Shown in pieces: positions 50,425 to 60,213 of a DNA stretch of 64,000 bases. Under the pieces are notes generated by a model. The model ran no database searches and had not been told where the DNA came from. It was given only the letters and a program-made list of their open reading frames with translations. Position 1 is the stretch's first letter, and each line of letters begins with the position of its first letter. The stretch lies in contig OZ250169.1 of NCBI GenBank assembly GCA_965237955.1, forward strand, positions 6,560,001-6,624,000, given 5' to 3'. This stretch comes from Candidatus Marinacidobacterales bacterium (GTDB taxonomy: Bacteria > Acidobacteriota > Vicinamibacteria > Marinacidobacterales > SMYC01). A program made the translations under genes and the position numbers.

Positions 50425-50446
50425 TTGTTGCGCTAGAGAGATTGCC

Positions 50447-51694
50447 GTGTTGTCGGTTGACGAAGCGCTTTCTATTGTTCTCGAGAACGTGAAGTCGCTG
50501 CCGTCCGAAGAAGTCGACTTCGGCGACGCAAGCGGGCGGCTTCTTCGGGAAGACGTCGCGTCGGACATCGACATGCCTCCGTTTCCACGATCGGCGGTCG
50601 ACGGGTTCGCGGTGCGCGCAGACAATCTCGCCTACGTCCCTGCCCGGTTCGCCATCGTCGGCGAGATTCCTGCCGGAAGCTTCCCTGATTTTCGCGTCGG
50701 TCGCGGCGAAGCCGCTCAAATCATGACCGGCGCGCCTATCCCCGAGGGAGCCGACGCGGTTCAGATGGTCGAGAAGTCTCGAACCGAAGGCGATCACGTC
50801 GAGATCATCGAGTCGGTCGAGAGCGGGCAAAACGTCGCAACCCGCGGCAGTGAAGTCGAAAAAGGCGACGTGGTTCTTCGGAGCGGCACCAGGCTCGACC
50901 CTGCCGCGGTCGCGGTCGCCGCCACCGTTGGCAAGACCCGCCTTCTCGTCGGACGTTGTCCGAAAGCGTCCGTGATTGCCACCGGTGACGAGCTCGTCCA
51001 CCCGTCGGGGGCGCCCGGACCGGGCCAGATCCGCAACAGCAATGGTTTTTCCCTCGTCGCTCAATGCCGGCAGGCCGGAGCTTCGGCGAGCCATCTCGGC
51101 GTCGCCAAAGACGACGAGGCGTCGCTCGAAAAGCTCATCAAAAAGGGGCTCGGTGACGACTTGTTGTTGTTGTCCGGCGGCGTCTCTATGGGACGATTCG
51201 ATCTCGTCGAAAAAGTCCTCGAAGCGCTGGGGGTGCGTCTCCTGTTCGAAGCGGTCGCGCTCAAGCCCGGAAAACCCCTCGTGTTCGGTCTTTCAGATGA
51301 TGGTACGCTGGTATTTGGACTTCCAGGAAACCCCGTCTCGACCATGGTGACTTTCGAGTTGTTCGTACGGACAGCCATGGCTCGCCTCGAAGGAGCGAGC
51401 GACCCGCGGCGAGCGCTGATCGCGGCGACGCTTGACGCCAATCTCCGAAACCGCGGCCCGCGGCGAGCGTTTCTCCCTGGTTGGGTCCGACCCGATGATG
51501 ACGGCAAGCTTGTCGCGTATCCGGTGCGCACCAAAGGCTCGGGCGACATTGTCGCCTTTTCCAAAGCGAACGCACTCCTGGTCGTTCCCGAAGATCGAGA
51601 CGCGATTCCAGCCGGAGACGTCGTGCGTTTTTATCCGCTCGACAGCTTTCTCAACAAAGAGGATCGATGGCAGGCAGGAAACAACCCGAGCTGA
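50447..51694 (+). CDS. moeA: Molybdopterin molybdotransferase
   Basis: PPFPRSAVDGFA, IMTGAPIP, TGDEL, SGGVSMG, KPGKP, GLPGNPVS. Confidence 0.96.
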   Translation: MLSVDEALSIVLENVKSLPSEEVDFGDASGRLLREDVASDIDMPPFPRSAVDGFAVRADNLAYVPARFAIVGEIPAGSFPDFRVGRGEAAQIMTGAPIPEGADAVQMVEKSRTEGDHVEIIESVESGQNVATRGSEVEKGDVVLRSGTRLDPAAVAVAATVGKTRLLVGRCPKASVIATGDELVHPSGAPGPGQIRNSNGFSLVAQCRQAGASASHLGVAKDDEASLEKLIKKGLGDDLLLLSGGVSMGRFDLVEKVLEALGVRLLFEAVALKPGKPLVFGLSDDGTLVFGLPGNPVSTMVTFELFVRTAMARLEGASDPRRALIAATLDANLRNRGPRRAFLPGWVRPDDDGKLVAYPVRTKGSGDIVAFSKANALLVVPEDRDAIPAGDVVRFYPLDSFLNKEDRWQAGNNPS

Positions 51695-52155
51695 GTCACA
51701 TCGCTCGAGATGGTTCGGCGCGCATGGTGGACGTCGGCGACAAAGCCGACACCGAGCGCGAGGCCATCGCTGCCGGCGAAGTGCGGATCGCGCCTGATGC
51801 GTTGAAGCTCGTGCGCTCCGGTAAGACCGCGAAAGGCAATGTGGCGGAAACGGCAAAACTTGCGGGAATCCTGGCGGCGAAAAAAACATCCGAGCTCATA
51901 CCGCTTTGCCATCCGCTCGCCATCGACCATATCGATGTCGACATTAAAGATGTAGGAAACGGGCTCGCCATCGAGGCGCGCGTCCGCTCGCGAGGGCGCA
52001 CCGGCGTCGAGATGGAGGCCTTGACGGCCGTCTCGGTGGCAGCGCTCACCATTTATGACATGGTGAAAGCTGCCGATAAGACGATGGTGATCGAGAACGT
52101 GCGATTGTTGCGCAAACAGGGCGGCAAGAGCGGCCTCTACCAGAGAGACGAGTGA
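51667..52155 (+). CDS. moaC: Cyclic pyranopterin monophosphate synthase
   Basis: ARMVDVGDK, LIPLCHP, TGVEMEALT, IYDMVKA, GGKSG. Confidence 0.97.
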   Translation: MAGRKQPELSHIARDGSARMVDVGDKADTEREAIAAGEVRIAPDALKLVRSGKTAKGNVAETAKLAGILAAKKTSELIPLCHPLAIDHIDVDIKDVGNGLAIEARVRSRGRTGVEMEALTAVSVAALTIYDMVKAADKTMVIENVRLLRKQGGKSGLYQRDE

Positions 52156-52164
52156 CACCGAACC

Positions 52165-54657
52165 GTGGCTAAGAAACTTCCTCGAAGGCCAGGTAGCGCG
52201 AAGGCAATGCCTCCGCCACCGAAAAAAGGACCCAAGCGACCCAGTGGAGCAAGCCGAGCAGGGGGGCCGCCCGCCAAAGCAAAGCGCGCCCAAAGACCCG
52301 CACGCAGGTTGCGACGCTCCGGCGGCTCTTCCGGATCGCTCTTCAAGATGATGTTCTATGCCTTGGCCTTCGTGACACTCATAGCCGGCGGCATCGGAGG
52401 GTATCTCTTTTATCGTGGTCAACAGTCGCTTCCGCTGACCGACGGCGCTCTCAAGCTTCAAGGCCTCACGAGCTCGGTCGAAGTCGTCCGCGACAGCTAC
52501 GGCGTTCCCCATCTAAGCGGTGCGGATGTGCGCGATTTGGCGCGCGCGACCGGCTACGTGCACGCGCAAGATCGCTATTTTCAAATGGAGCTCGCGCGCC
52601 GCGTCGGCTCCGGTCGTTTGGCAGAGTTGTTCGGTGCGGAAGCGATCGCGCACGATCGGGTGTCACGCCAACTCGGTCTCACGCAAGCAGCGCAGTCCGA
52701 GCTCGATCGAGTGTCTTCGGAAGGACGCGAGATCCTCGAAGCCTATGTCGCCGGGGTCAACGCCTACCGCGAGCAGAACCTGGAACAACTCCCTCCCGAG
52801 TTTCAACTCCTCGACCACGTGCCCGCAACCTGGCAAGCCCTCGACAGCCTGACTATCGTCAAGTGGCTCGCGTACATCCTGTCGTCGAACGGGCGCGCGG
52901 AGCTTCTTCGCGGACAGCTCGTGGACGCCGTTGGCATGCAGGCCGCCTACGTGCTCACCGGGCTGGTACCGCCACCGATACAGGAGGAAAGCGCCCTTAC
53001 GTCGACACCGTTTCGCCTCGCATCGGTTGTGACCAAACCCCAAAACGTCCACTTCGGAGCCAGTAACGCTTGGGTCGTTGCGAGTGACCGCTCGGCATCC
53101 CAGAGACCACTTCTCGCCGCCGATCCGCACCTGAGCTTACCGATGCCGTCGTTTTTCTACGAGATCCATCTCAGCGGTGGGGGGCTCGACGTTGCCGGCG
53201 CGAGCATTCCCGGGATGCCGCTCGTCATCTTCGGTCAGAACCAACGGATCGCGTGGGGTATCACGGCTTTGTTCGCGGACGTTCAGGACATCTACCTCGA
53301 GACGATGAACCCGCAGAATCCGCGCCAATACGCGTGGAACGGAGAGTGGGTCGATCTCGACGTCGTGCCCGAGTCGATTCCCGTCAAAGACGCTAAGGCG
53401 GTGACCGAAGAGGTACGGGTGACGCGACACGGTGTCGTAATAGGCGACGCCTCGGACGGGCGTCTTCTTGCGCAGCGATGGGACGCGATCTGGAACGGCG
53501 ACCATGTGACCGCGGTTCTTCGATTGAACCGCGCGGGATCTTGGGAAGAGTTCACCGAAGCCCTTCGCGGCTGGTCGTCTCCCGCACTCTCGTTCGTCTA
53601 CGCCGATGTCGAGGGGAACATCGGTTTCTTTCCTGCCGGCGACATTCCCGTTCGAATAGGGTTCGACGGTGCGGTGCCCGTCGACGGCGGCTCGGGCGAG
53701 TACGAGTGGGAAGGCATCATCCCCCATGACCTCAAGCCGATGATCTTCAACCCGGTCGAAGGCGTCATCGTCAGCGCGAACCACCAGATGTTTCCGAACG
53801 ACACTCCTTATCCGCTCGGCGTCGACACGCTTGCCGAGTTTCGCGCACGGCGCATCTCCGATCTGCTGCAAGCAAGCCGTTCGCTGAGCCTGGACGATTT
53901 CGCCCGCATCCAACAAGACCGCTACGACGTCTCGACCGAGCCGATCCTGCGCTACATCGTTCAGTTGCGACCGGATGAAAACGAGCCCATGCGCGCCATC
54001 CAGATTCTTCGCGACTGGAACGGACAGATGGATGCCGGTCCCGCGCCCGCGATCTACCACGCGGTCTATCGTGAGCTCCTCACGAACACGTTCAGCGACG
54101 AGCTCGGCGAGGAAATCTTCACCGACTTCCTCGCGTTTCTCGAGCTCGGCCGTCTCGGCGGACTGCACGCGATCATCGATGACGAAATGTCTCCCTTCTG
54201 GGATGACAAAAAAACGCCCGAAGTCGAGACGCGCGCGCACATCATCCAACGAAGCCTCGACGGTGCGCTGAATAGTTTGTCGGCGCGTCTCGGAAGCGAT
54301 ATGACCCAGTGGGATTGGGGCCAACTCCACGGAGTCCACTTCACTCACCCGATGGGTCGAGAGCAACCGCTCAGCTGGCTTTTCAGCCGCGGGCCCATTC
54401 CCTTTGGCGGCTCGACGTTCACCGTGGCGAACGCGGTCGTCTCTTTGCAGGAGCCCTACGACACGACGATTGGGACGTCTTTCCGGTTCCTGGCCGACCT
54501 TTCCGATTTGAGTCGGTCACGAACGAGCGTTCCCACCGGCGCGTCCGGCCACCCGTTGAGCCCGCACTATTTCGACCAGAACGCGGGTTGGGCATCCGGC
54601 CAAACTCATCCGCTATTGGGCGCGGCCTCCTCCGGCCGGCTGATCCTGCAGCCCTGA
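52165..54657 (+). CDS. Penicillin acylase family Ntn-hydrolase
   Basis: RDSYGVPH, GYVHAQDRYFQM, GASNAW (catalytic Ser), AADPHL, GASGHPLSPHYFDQ. Confidence 0.93.
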   Translation: MAKKLPRRPGSAKAMPPPPKKGPKRPSGASRAGGPPAKAKRAQRPARRLRRSGGSSGSLFKMMFYALAFVTLIAGGIGGYLFYRGQQSLPLTDGALKLQGLTSSVEVVRDSYGVPHLSGADVRDLARATGYVHAQDRYFQMELARRVGSGRLAELFGAEAIAHDRVSRQLGLTQAAQSELDRVSSEGREILEAYVAGVNAYREQNLEQLPPEFQLLDHVPATWQALDSLTIVKWLAYILSSNGRAELLRGQLVDAVGMQAAYVLTGLVPPPIQEESALTSTPFRLASVVTKPQNVHFGASNAWVVASDRSASQRPLLAADPHLSLPMPSFFYEIHLSGGGLDVAGASIPGMPLVIFGQNQRIAWGITALFADVQDIYLETMNPQNPRQYAWNGEWVDLDVVPESIPVKDAKAVTEEVRVTRHGVVIGDASDGRLLAQRWDAIWNGDHVTAVLRLNRAGSWEEFTEALRGWSSPALSFVYADVEGNIGFFPAGDIPVRIGFDGAVPVDGGSGEYEWEGIIPHDLKPMIFNPVEGVIVSANHQMFPNDTPYPLGVDTLAEFRARRISDLLQASRSLSLDDFARIQQDRYDVSTEPILRYIVQLRPDENEPMRAIQILRDWNGQMDAGPAPAIYHAVYRELLTNTFSDELGEEIFTDFLAFLELGRLGGLHAIIDDEMSPFWDDKKTPEVETRAHIIQRSLDGALNSLSARLGSDMTQWDWGQLHGVHFTHPMGREQPLSWLFSRGPIPFGGSTFTVANAVVSLQEPYDTTIGTSFRFLADLSDLSRSRTSVPTGASGHPLSPHYFDQNAGWASGQTHPLLGAASSGRLILQP

Positions 54658-54682
54658 TAGCGTTATAATCCTCCCCGGAGCG

Positions 54683-54865
54683 ATGGTTGCGCAACTCCCG
54701 ATCTGTCCCGCGTGTGAGGCCGAGATCGAGATCGACGATCTCGACGTCGATCGCGGCGAGACAATAGGCTGCCCGGAGTGTGGAGTGACGCTGAGCGTCG
54801 TTCGCGTGTCGCCCATCGAGCTCGATATCGCTGATGAAGAAGTGCGCGAGTGGCGCGATAACTAG
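54683..54865 (+). CDS. LysW-like zinc-ribbon small acidic protein
   Basis: CPACEAEI..GETIGCPECGVTLSV..SPIEL; lacks the EDWGE terminus. Confidence 0.7.
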   Translation: MVAQLPICPACEAEIEIDDLDVDRGETIGCPECGVTLSVVRVSPIELDIADEEVREWRDN

Positions 54866-54869
54866 GCCG

Positions 54870-55682
54870 ATGACTAGCAAGAACGTGCAGGCGAAACAAG
54901 CGCGGCTCCAATCGCTTCTAGAAGACATGGGCTCCGTGCTCGTGGCCTTCAGCGGAGGTGTCGACAGCTCGTACCTCGCCGTCGAAGCCCATCGCACGTT
55001 GGGCGATCGCGTGTTGGCGGTGACGGGCGAGAGCCCGAGCTACCCTGAGTACCAACGCACGCTCGCGCTCCAAGTGGTCCACCAATTCGAAATCCGCCAT
55101 CGTTTCATCGAAACCGAGGAGATCCACAACGCGTCGTACTTGGCGAACAGCCCCGACCGCTGTTTCCATTGCAAGAACGAGCTGTACACCCGGCTCAAAA
55201 CACTTGCACAAAAGGAGCGCTTTCAAGTGATCGTCGACGGCGCGAACGCTGACGATCTCGGCGACTATCGCCCGGGTCGAAACGCCGCGAAGCTCGCGGG
55301 CGTTCGAAGCCCGCTCGAAGAAGCCGAGCTCACCAAAGCGGAGATCCGCACGTTGTCTCGAGGCCTCGGTCTTCCGACAGCCGACGAGCCGGCGTCCGCT
55401 TGTCTGTCGTCGAGAATCCCCTACCACACGCCCATCACGATCGAGAATCTCTCCACGGTGGAGAAAGGCGAAGCGGTTCTCCGCCGTCTCGGCTTTCGTC
55501 ACATGCGCGTTCGACACCACGACGCGCTCGTGCGCCTGGAGTTCTCGGTAGACGAGCTCCCGCGCGCGTTGTCGGAAGAGATGCGAGCCGAGCTCACGCG
55601 AGAGCTCAAAGCACTCGGCTACAAGTTCGTGACCATCGATTTGGAAGGGTATAGGACTGGTTCACTGAACGAGCTGCTCTAG
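54870..55682 (+). CDS. larE: LarE-family ATP-dependent sulfur transferase
   Basis: AFSGGVDSS (PP-loop), DRCFHCK, DGANADD..DYRPG, SACLSSRIPY, DLEGYRTGSLN. Confidence 0.92.
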   Translation: MTSKNVQAKQARLQSLLEDMGSVLVAFSGGVDSSYLAVEAHRTLGDRVLAVTGESPSYPEYQRTLALQVVHQFEIRHRFIETEEIHNASYLANSPDRCFHCKNELYTRLKTLAQKERFQVIVDGANADDLGDYRPGRNAAKLAGVRSPLEEAELTKAEIRTLSRGLGLPTADEPASACLSSRIPYHTPITIENLSTVEKGEAVLRRLGFRHMRVRHHDALVRLEFSVDELPRALSEEMRAELTRELKALGYKFVTIDLEGYRTGSLNELL

Positions 55683-55683
55683 A

Positions 55684-55820
55684 TCAGCCATCAGCCATCA
55701 GCTAGGACGGAGCTGCCCGAGTTTTAGCGAAGGGCTTTCGCCGCTTGCGACACAACCGCACCGACGGAGCGCGAGCGACTCGAGCCGGCTGATGGCCGAT
55801 GGCCGACGGCTGATGGCCGG
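55684..55820. repeat. Palindromic element with inverted heptamer-repeat arms
   Basis: (tcagcca)n ... (ggctgat/ggccgat)n around an ~85-nt core. Confidence 0.8.
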
Positions 55821-55852
55821 ACCCGAGCTACAATAAGAATTCATCAAGACCA

Positions 55853-56578
55853 ATGCGCGTTACTTTTTTGGGAACTGGCAACGCTTTCGCTAGTGGGGGG
55901 CGGAATGCCATGGCGATCCTGTTGCGTGGGGACGACTTGGGGGTCTTGCTCGACTGCGGGCCGACGACGCTCGTCGCGCTCAAGAAGCTCGGGCTGTCGC
56001 CGGCGGATGTCGACGTGATTCTTCTATCGCACCACCACGGGGATCACTTCGGTGGTGTTCCTTTCCTGGCGCTTCACGAATGCTACCAAGGATCGAGAAA
56101 AAAGGCATTGCGCGTTCTCGGGCCCGAGGGGACTGGGACCAAAGTAGCGGAGTTGGTGAGTTTGTTTTTTCCCGGCATCGAGGCTTCCTTCCCTCTCGAA
56201 TATCGGGATCTGGCGTCGGACGAACCGTTCACGCTCGGCGCCTTGCGGGCCATGCCTTTCGAAGTCGACCACTACTCGCGTGGCATCGCGTTCGGATATC
56301 GCGTCGAGCTTTCTGGAAAGACGGTCGTTTTTTCCGGCGATACCGCGTGGACCGACGAGCTCGCTCGCCAAAGCTCGGATGCGGACCTCTTCGTGTGCGA
56401 ATGCTCGAGCTTCGACACGCCGATCGACAAACACATGTCGCACCGCGATCTCGAAGACAATCGCGCGCGCCTCACTGCCAAGCGGACGTTGCTCGTGCAC
56501 GCCGGCGACGATGTCCTGGCTCACGAACCAGAGCTTGTGTTCGAGCTCGCCCACGACGGGATGGAGGTGCACCTATGA
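55853..56578 (+). CDS. MBL-fold hydrolase (RNase Z-like)
   Basis: FLGTG, LLDCG, LSHHHGDHFGG, FSGDT, H motifs. Confidence 0.9.
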   Translation: MRVTFLGTGNAFASGGRNAMAILLRGDDLGVLLDCGPTTLVALKKLGLSPADVDVILLSHHHGDHFGGVPFLALHECYQGSRKKALRVLGPEGTGTKVAELVSLFFPGIEASFPLEYRDLASDEPFTLGALRAMPFEVDHYSRGIAFGYRVELSGKTVVFSGDTAWTDELARQSSDADLFVCECSSFDTPIDKHMSHRDLEDNRARLTAKRTLLVHAGDDVLAHEPELVFELAHDGMEVHL

Positions 56579-57063
56579 TGGGAACGTTGTTGTTGGCTTT
56601 AGCGCTTCTTCAAACACCACCGGCAAACGACGAGACCGTGATCGATATCGACATAAAAGACGCGGATGTTCTCGACGTGCTCCGTCTTCTCGCCGAAGTC
56701 GGCGAGTTCAACCTCATCGCGGATCCCGACGTCTCGTGCAGCTTTACGCTGAAGCTCGAGGCCGTGCCTTGGCCTCAGGTTCTCGACATCGTGTTGCGCA
56801 CCTGTCGCCTCGCTGAAGATCGCATCGGCGACAACGTCGTTCGTGTCGCCACCTCCGAGCAGCTTCGGCGCGAATTAGAGGAGCGGAGAAAATACAACGA
56901 AGAAAAACGGCTAGCGGGTCCGCTGCGGACAACCTATCAGAAGCTCGCCTACGGCCGCGCACGCGATATCGCGCCGATATTGGAGAAGTTTCTATCGCCG
57001 AGGGGCTCCGTCGTCTTCGACGAGCGTACCAACACGCTCATCATTACCGACGTGGCGCGATAG
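56575..57063 (+). CDS. Stand-alone secretin N-terminal (PilQ N0-N1-like) domain protein
   Basis: Signal peptide; IDIKDADVLDVLRLLAEV..NLI..VPWPQVLDIVL; LSPRGSV.FDERTNTLIITD then stop. Confidence 0.8.
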   Translation: MMGTLLLALALLQTPPANDETVIDIDIKDADVLDVLRLLAEVGEFNLIADPDVSCSFTLKLEAVPWPQVLDIVLRTCRLAEDRIGDNVVRVATSEQLRRELEERRKYNEEKRLAGPLRTTYQKLAYGRARDIAPILEKFLSPRGSVVFDERTNTLIITDVAR

Positions 57064-57067
57064 AGAA

Positions 57068-57289
57068 TCAGGCCTTCGATTCTTCGTTACCCGCGTTTGC
57101 CTTGTCTTCCGGGAGCTTGTCACTTTCAGTCGAGCCTTTGATGGACTTCTTGAAGTTCTTGATCCCCTCACCGAGCCCGGCACCGAGCTGCGGGAGTTTT
57201 TTGCCCCCGACGATCAGGACGATGATGAACAAGATGATCAGAAGCTCGGTCATTCCCAGCGACCCGATGAAGAGCGGGTGAATCGACAT
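57068..57289 (-). CDS. tatA: Twin-arginine translocase TatA/E
   Basis: GSLGMTELLIILFIIVLIVGGKKLPQLGAGLGEGIKNFKK. Confidence 0.95.
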   Translation of the reverse strand: MSIHPLFIGSLGMTELLIILFIIVLIVGGKKLPQLGAGLGEGIKNFKKSIKGSTESDKLPEDKANAGNEESKA

Positions 57290-57442
57290 GGCGTTCTCCT
57301 TCGAGCGCACAGGCGCTCGACTCACCCGGTACTATACCACGACCCCAAAACCCCGCCAACGCGGCCGTCGGTCGGGCCGCCGTTAGTAAACGAGACGGGG
57401 AGGCTCGAACACACAAGTGTCGTTAGGGCTCGAATCGTGGTT

Positions 57443-57810
57443 CTAGCCGTCGCGCGACTTTTTGCGGCCGCTCGCCTCGACCTGGCCCGCTTTCGAGGTC
57501 TTTTTTTCTTCCCTACCGGTTTGAAGCGCAGGGATGGACTCAATGAGGCGCCGGATGTCGACGCCCGAAAGACTCTACCACCGCCGGTATCTCAGCCATG
57601 ATCTTGGCGACGTCGCCCGTGAGCTTTGAGGCGCCGGTACCTTCGCTACCGGTGGAAACGAGTGTGATCCGATCCGTCTTGGAAAGTGGCTCGGAGATTG
57701 CCTTGGCGATTTCCGGAAGCGCGGCAAGCAGGATCTGAAGCACCGCTGCCTGGTTGTATTCCTTGAAGGCGTCGGCCCTTTTCCTCATCGCCTCCGCTTC
57801 CAACCTCGAA
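57443..57810 (-). pseudogene. Flotillin (SPFH) C-terminal fragment
   Basis: EAEAMRKRADAFKEYNQAA..LPEIAKAISEPLSKTDRITLV..GASKLTGDV; no N-terminus; frameshift ~57570. Confidence 0.8.
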
Positions 57811-57924
57811 GAAACGAAAAAGGGTGGCACTCTATCAAATTCGTTTCGAACTGTCTTCGTCGGTCGGTGGTCAGGTAGTCGTCCGCTTGACGCCTTGCAC
57901 CGCCAAGACCAATGATTTGAGCAG

Positions 57925-58320
57925 ATGTCGCTCTCCGACGACCTTCTGATCCACCCCCGTCGACTTTCGGCGGTGAGGCAGGAGGTCGCTAGCCTCGTCG
58001 CCGAGTTGGCGGCGACCGCCGGCTTTCTCGTCGATGAAGAAGGGACGCCGTTCGCAACCGTGGGTCACATAGAGTTCCGTTTTCCCCACCCGCTGACCAA
58101 CCTCCGCGGGGGCGACGCCCTGCTTAAGACACTCGTCGGTGAGAGCCCCGGTGGACCCGGTGGAAACGAAGAGGGTGAAGGGTCGCGCTACATCGTGGAG
58201 CGCGTTGGCAAGAGAGCGCTTCTTGCTCTGTTGTTGGAATCACCGCTCCGCTCGACCGGACATCGCACGATGCGCCGCCGCATACGGGTAACCGCGAAAG
58301 CGATAGCTCGTCTACTTTGA
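57925..58320 (+). CDS. Roadblock/LC7 (MglB-like) small protein
   Basis: GFLVDEEGTPFATVG...YIVERVGKRALLALL...RRRIRVTAKAIARLL pattern. Confidence 0.55.
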   Translation: MSLSDDLLIHPRRLSAVRQEVASLVAELAATAGFLVDEEGTPFATVGHIEFRFPHPLTNLRGGDALLKTLVGESPGGPGGNEEGEGSRYIVERVGKRALLALLLESPLRSTGHRTMRRRIRVTAKAIARLL

Positions 58321-58356
58321 TCCCTGCATCGAGGCATCGTAGGATGGCCGCGGACG

Positions 58357-58830
58357 ATGGCGAAACCGAAACACGCGATAACACGTATCGAGGAACGCGT
58401 TCGCACGAGCCGGTCACCGAGCGACGTGTTTGCTTTCTTGGATCGTCCCTCCAACGTGAAGCGGGTCACGCCGACGGCAATGGCAGTGTCACTCGTATCC
58501 CACCCGGATGATCTGCGCCTGGGAACGGTTTTCGCTTACCGCTTGAAGCGTTGGCCGCTCGACCTCGTGTGGGACGTCGTGGTGTCCGAATACAGCCCTC
58601 CCGACGGTTTCACCAACGTGAAGGCGCGAGGATTTTTTCCAAAGTGGGCGCACCAGCATGCCATCATCGCGGCCGACAACGGCACCGAGCTACGCGTGTC
58701 GCTCGAGTACGAAGTCCCGCCCGGCATCTACAACACGCTCACGAACAGCTACGTCATACGAGACGCGATGACCGAGCTCGTGCGCGAGCAAACCCGCGCC
58801 ATCGCGGACGCCCTCGAGAGGGGCCAGTGA
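58357..58830 (+). CDS. SRPBCC (START-fold) family protein
   Basis: DVFAFL..PSNVKRVTP, YSPP..F, GFFPKWAHQH, LEYEVP. Confidence 0.8.
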   Translation: MAKPKHAITRIEERVRTSRSPSDVFAFLDRPSNVKRVTPTAMAVSLVSHPDDLRLGTVFAYRLKRWPLDLVWDVVVSEYSPPDGFTNVKARGFFPKWAHQHAIIAADNGTELRVSLEYEVPPGIYNTLTNSYVIRDAMTELVREQTRAIADALERGQ

Positions 58831-58836
58831 AGTCCC

Positions 58837-59641
58837 TTAAGCGGCGCTTCCAGTAAACACTCCATCCAAATCAATCTCGCACGCGGACGCGCTGACGAGC
58901 GTCATCGCCTGTTCGCCTCCGAGACCGGCACGCTCCAGGCGCGCACGGACGCGCTGAAGCAGCCGACGGATACGCGCGTACAGCGGGCTTCGCGTCCAAG
59001 CCGAGCGTCTGCGCAATCTGCGGCACCGTTTGCCGATCTCGGTAGCGCATCTCTAGAACGAGCCGATCGTCTCCATCGAGAGAAGCCACCGCTCGCACCA
59101 GCTCGTCCTGAAGTTTGTGCACGAACACGTCACGCTCTCGCCGCTCTATCGGATCGAGCGGGGCGTTCGTCGCCACGCTGCGAAGCTGGTCTTCCGCGAC
59201 AAGCCGCGCACGGTGCCTCACAGGAAGCGTGTACGCCAGCGACAAGAGCTCTTCACGCGAGCAAGTGGAATCGCCGCGCATCGCGATGTGCTCGACCGCT
59301 TCCCCGATCTCGTAGCCGTCGCGATAGACGAGCCGCTCGAGCGCGACCGCGGTGTCGCCGCGGCGCTGAGCTTCCGCCGACGGATGCCACTTGCCCCAAC
59401 GCCCGATTTGATGGTCCAGGTACAACCGGTGGACGACCACGCTCAGGTAAGCAGCGAGCGAACCATGGGACTGATGCTTGCGGAGCCTACCGAAATCGTT
59501 TTCGACCAGCTTCAGCATGACGAACGACCTGAGCTCCTGAAACTCGGTCGGCCCCAATCGCCGGCGAAACGCCACGAATCGCAACGCTCTCTCGATAGCG
59601 TCTTTCGCCTCTTCGAACAGTTTTTCGCCCGACACACCCAT
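58837..59641 (-). CDS. ECF-type sigma-70 factor (frameshift near the 3' end, ~58985)
   Basis: VMLKLVENDF..LAAYLSVVVHRLYLD..RWGKWHPS; region 4 LDGDDRLVLEMRY..TVPQIAQTL. Confidence 0.8.
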
Positions 59642-59865
59642 GACAGCCTCCAGATCTCCCGTCTGTCCCCCTAATAAAGACACGCGCAGAAAGAGGCCGA
59701 AAAAGCTCAAACGGGGAAAGGAAAAGACGCGGAGGGAACTCGGCTCTAAGCTATTGATGTTTAAGCGCTTGTTGGCCTGACAGGGCGTAGAAGCCGTGGT
59801 TGGTGAACAGCCAAATGATATTGCGCTTTTTCCTCGGCTCGTTCGGTTTGGAAAAAGGTACCTGT

Positions 59866-59984
59866 CCCGTAGGGTCGAGAAACTCATGCGGCTTCCCGAT
59901 AGTAGTGTCGGAGGGGTCCGCCGAGCCGTTCCCGACAGCGAACGTGCCCTTACCTTGGTGATTTCGTTCGTGGTGAAAATAAAA
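59866..59984 (-). pseudogene. Integrase-core transposase C-terminal remnant
   Basis: YFHHERNHQGKG and RERLGGPLRHYYREAA* in adjacent frames, followed by an end-like GACCCTACGGG. Confidence 0.7.
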
Positions 59985-60024
59985 GATATCAGGGGGAACG
60001 AAATGCTGCTGGAAGATAAAGCCC

Positions 60025-60213
60025 ATGCCTGAGACGATCCGATTACTCCCTGAAGACGAACACAATCGCAGGCTCATCGACAACGTCCACCCGTCGAGCT
60101 GGGTCCATCCGGAGCCCGCGCCTATCGAAAACCTCGTGGTCGTCGGAGCGGGCACGGCCGGGCTCGTATCTGCTTTGGGCGCAGCGTCGCTTGGAGCAGT
60201 GCACGTCGAGTGA
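60025..60213 (+). pseudogene. Mercuric-reductase-like flavoprotein N-terminal fragment
   Basis: PEDEHNRRLIDNVHPSSWVHPEP..NLVVVGAGTAGLVSA (GxGxxG), then truncated. Confidence 0.75.

Noticed and set aside
54683-54865. True LysW / lysine-arginine carrier pathway
   Set aside because: The C-terminal EDWGE is missing and no lysX/Z/Y/J/K genes are nearby.
3611-55820. CRISPR array
   Set aside because: The repeats are 6-7-bp tandem units without unique spacers, and no cas genes are present.
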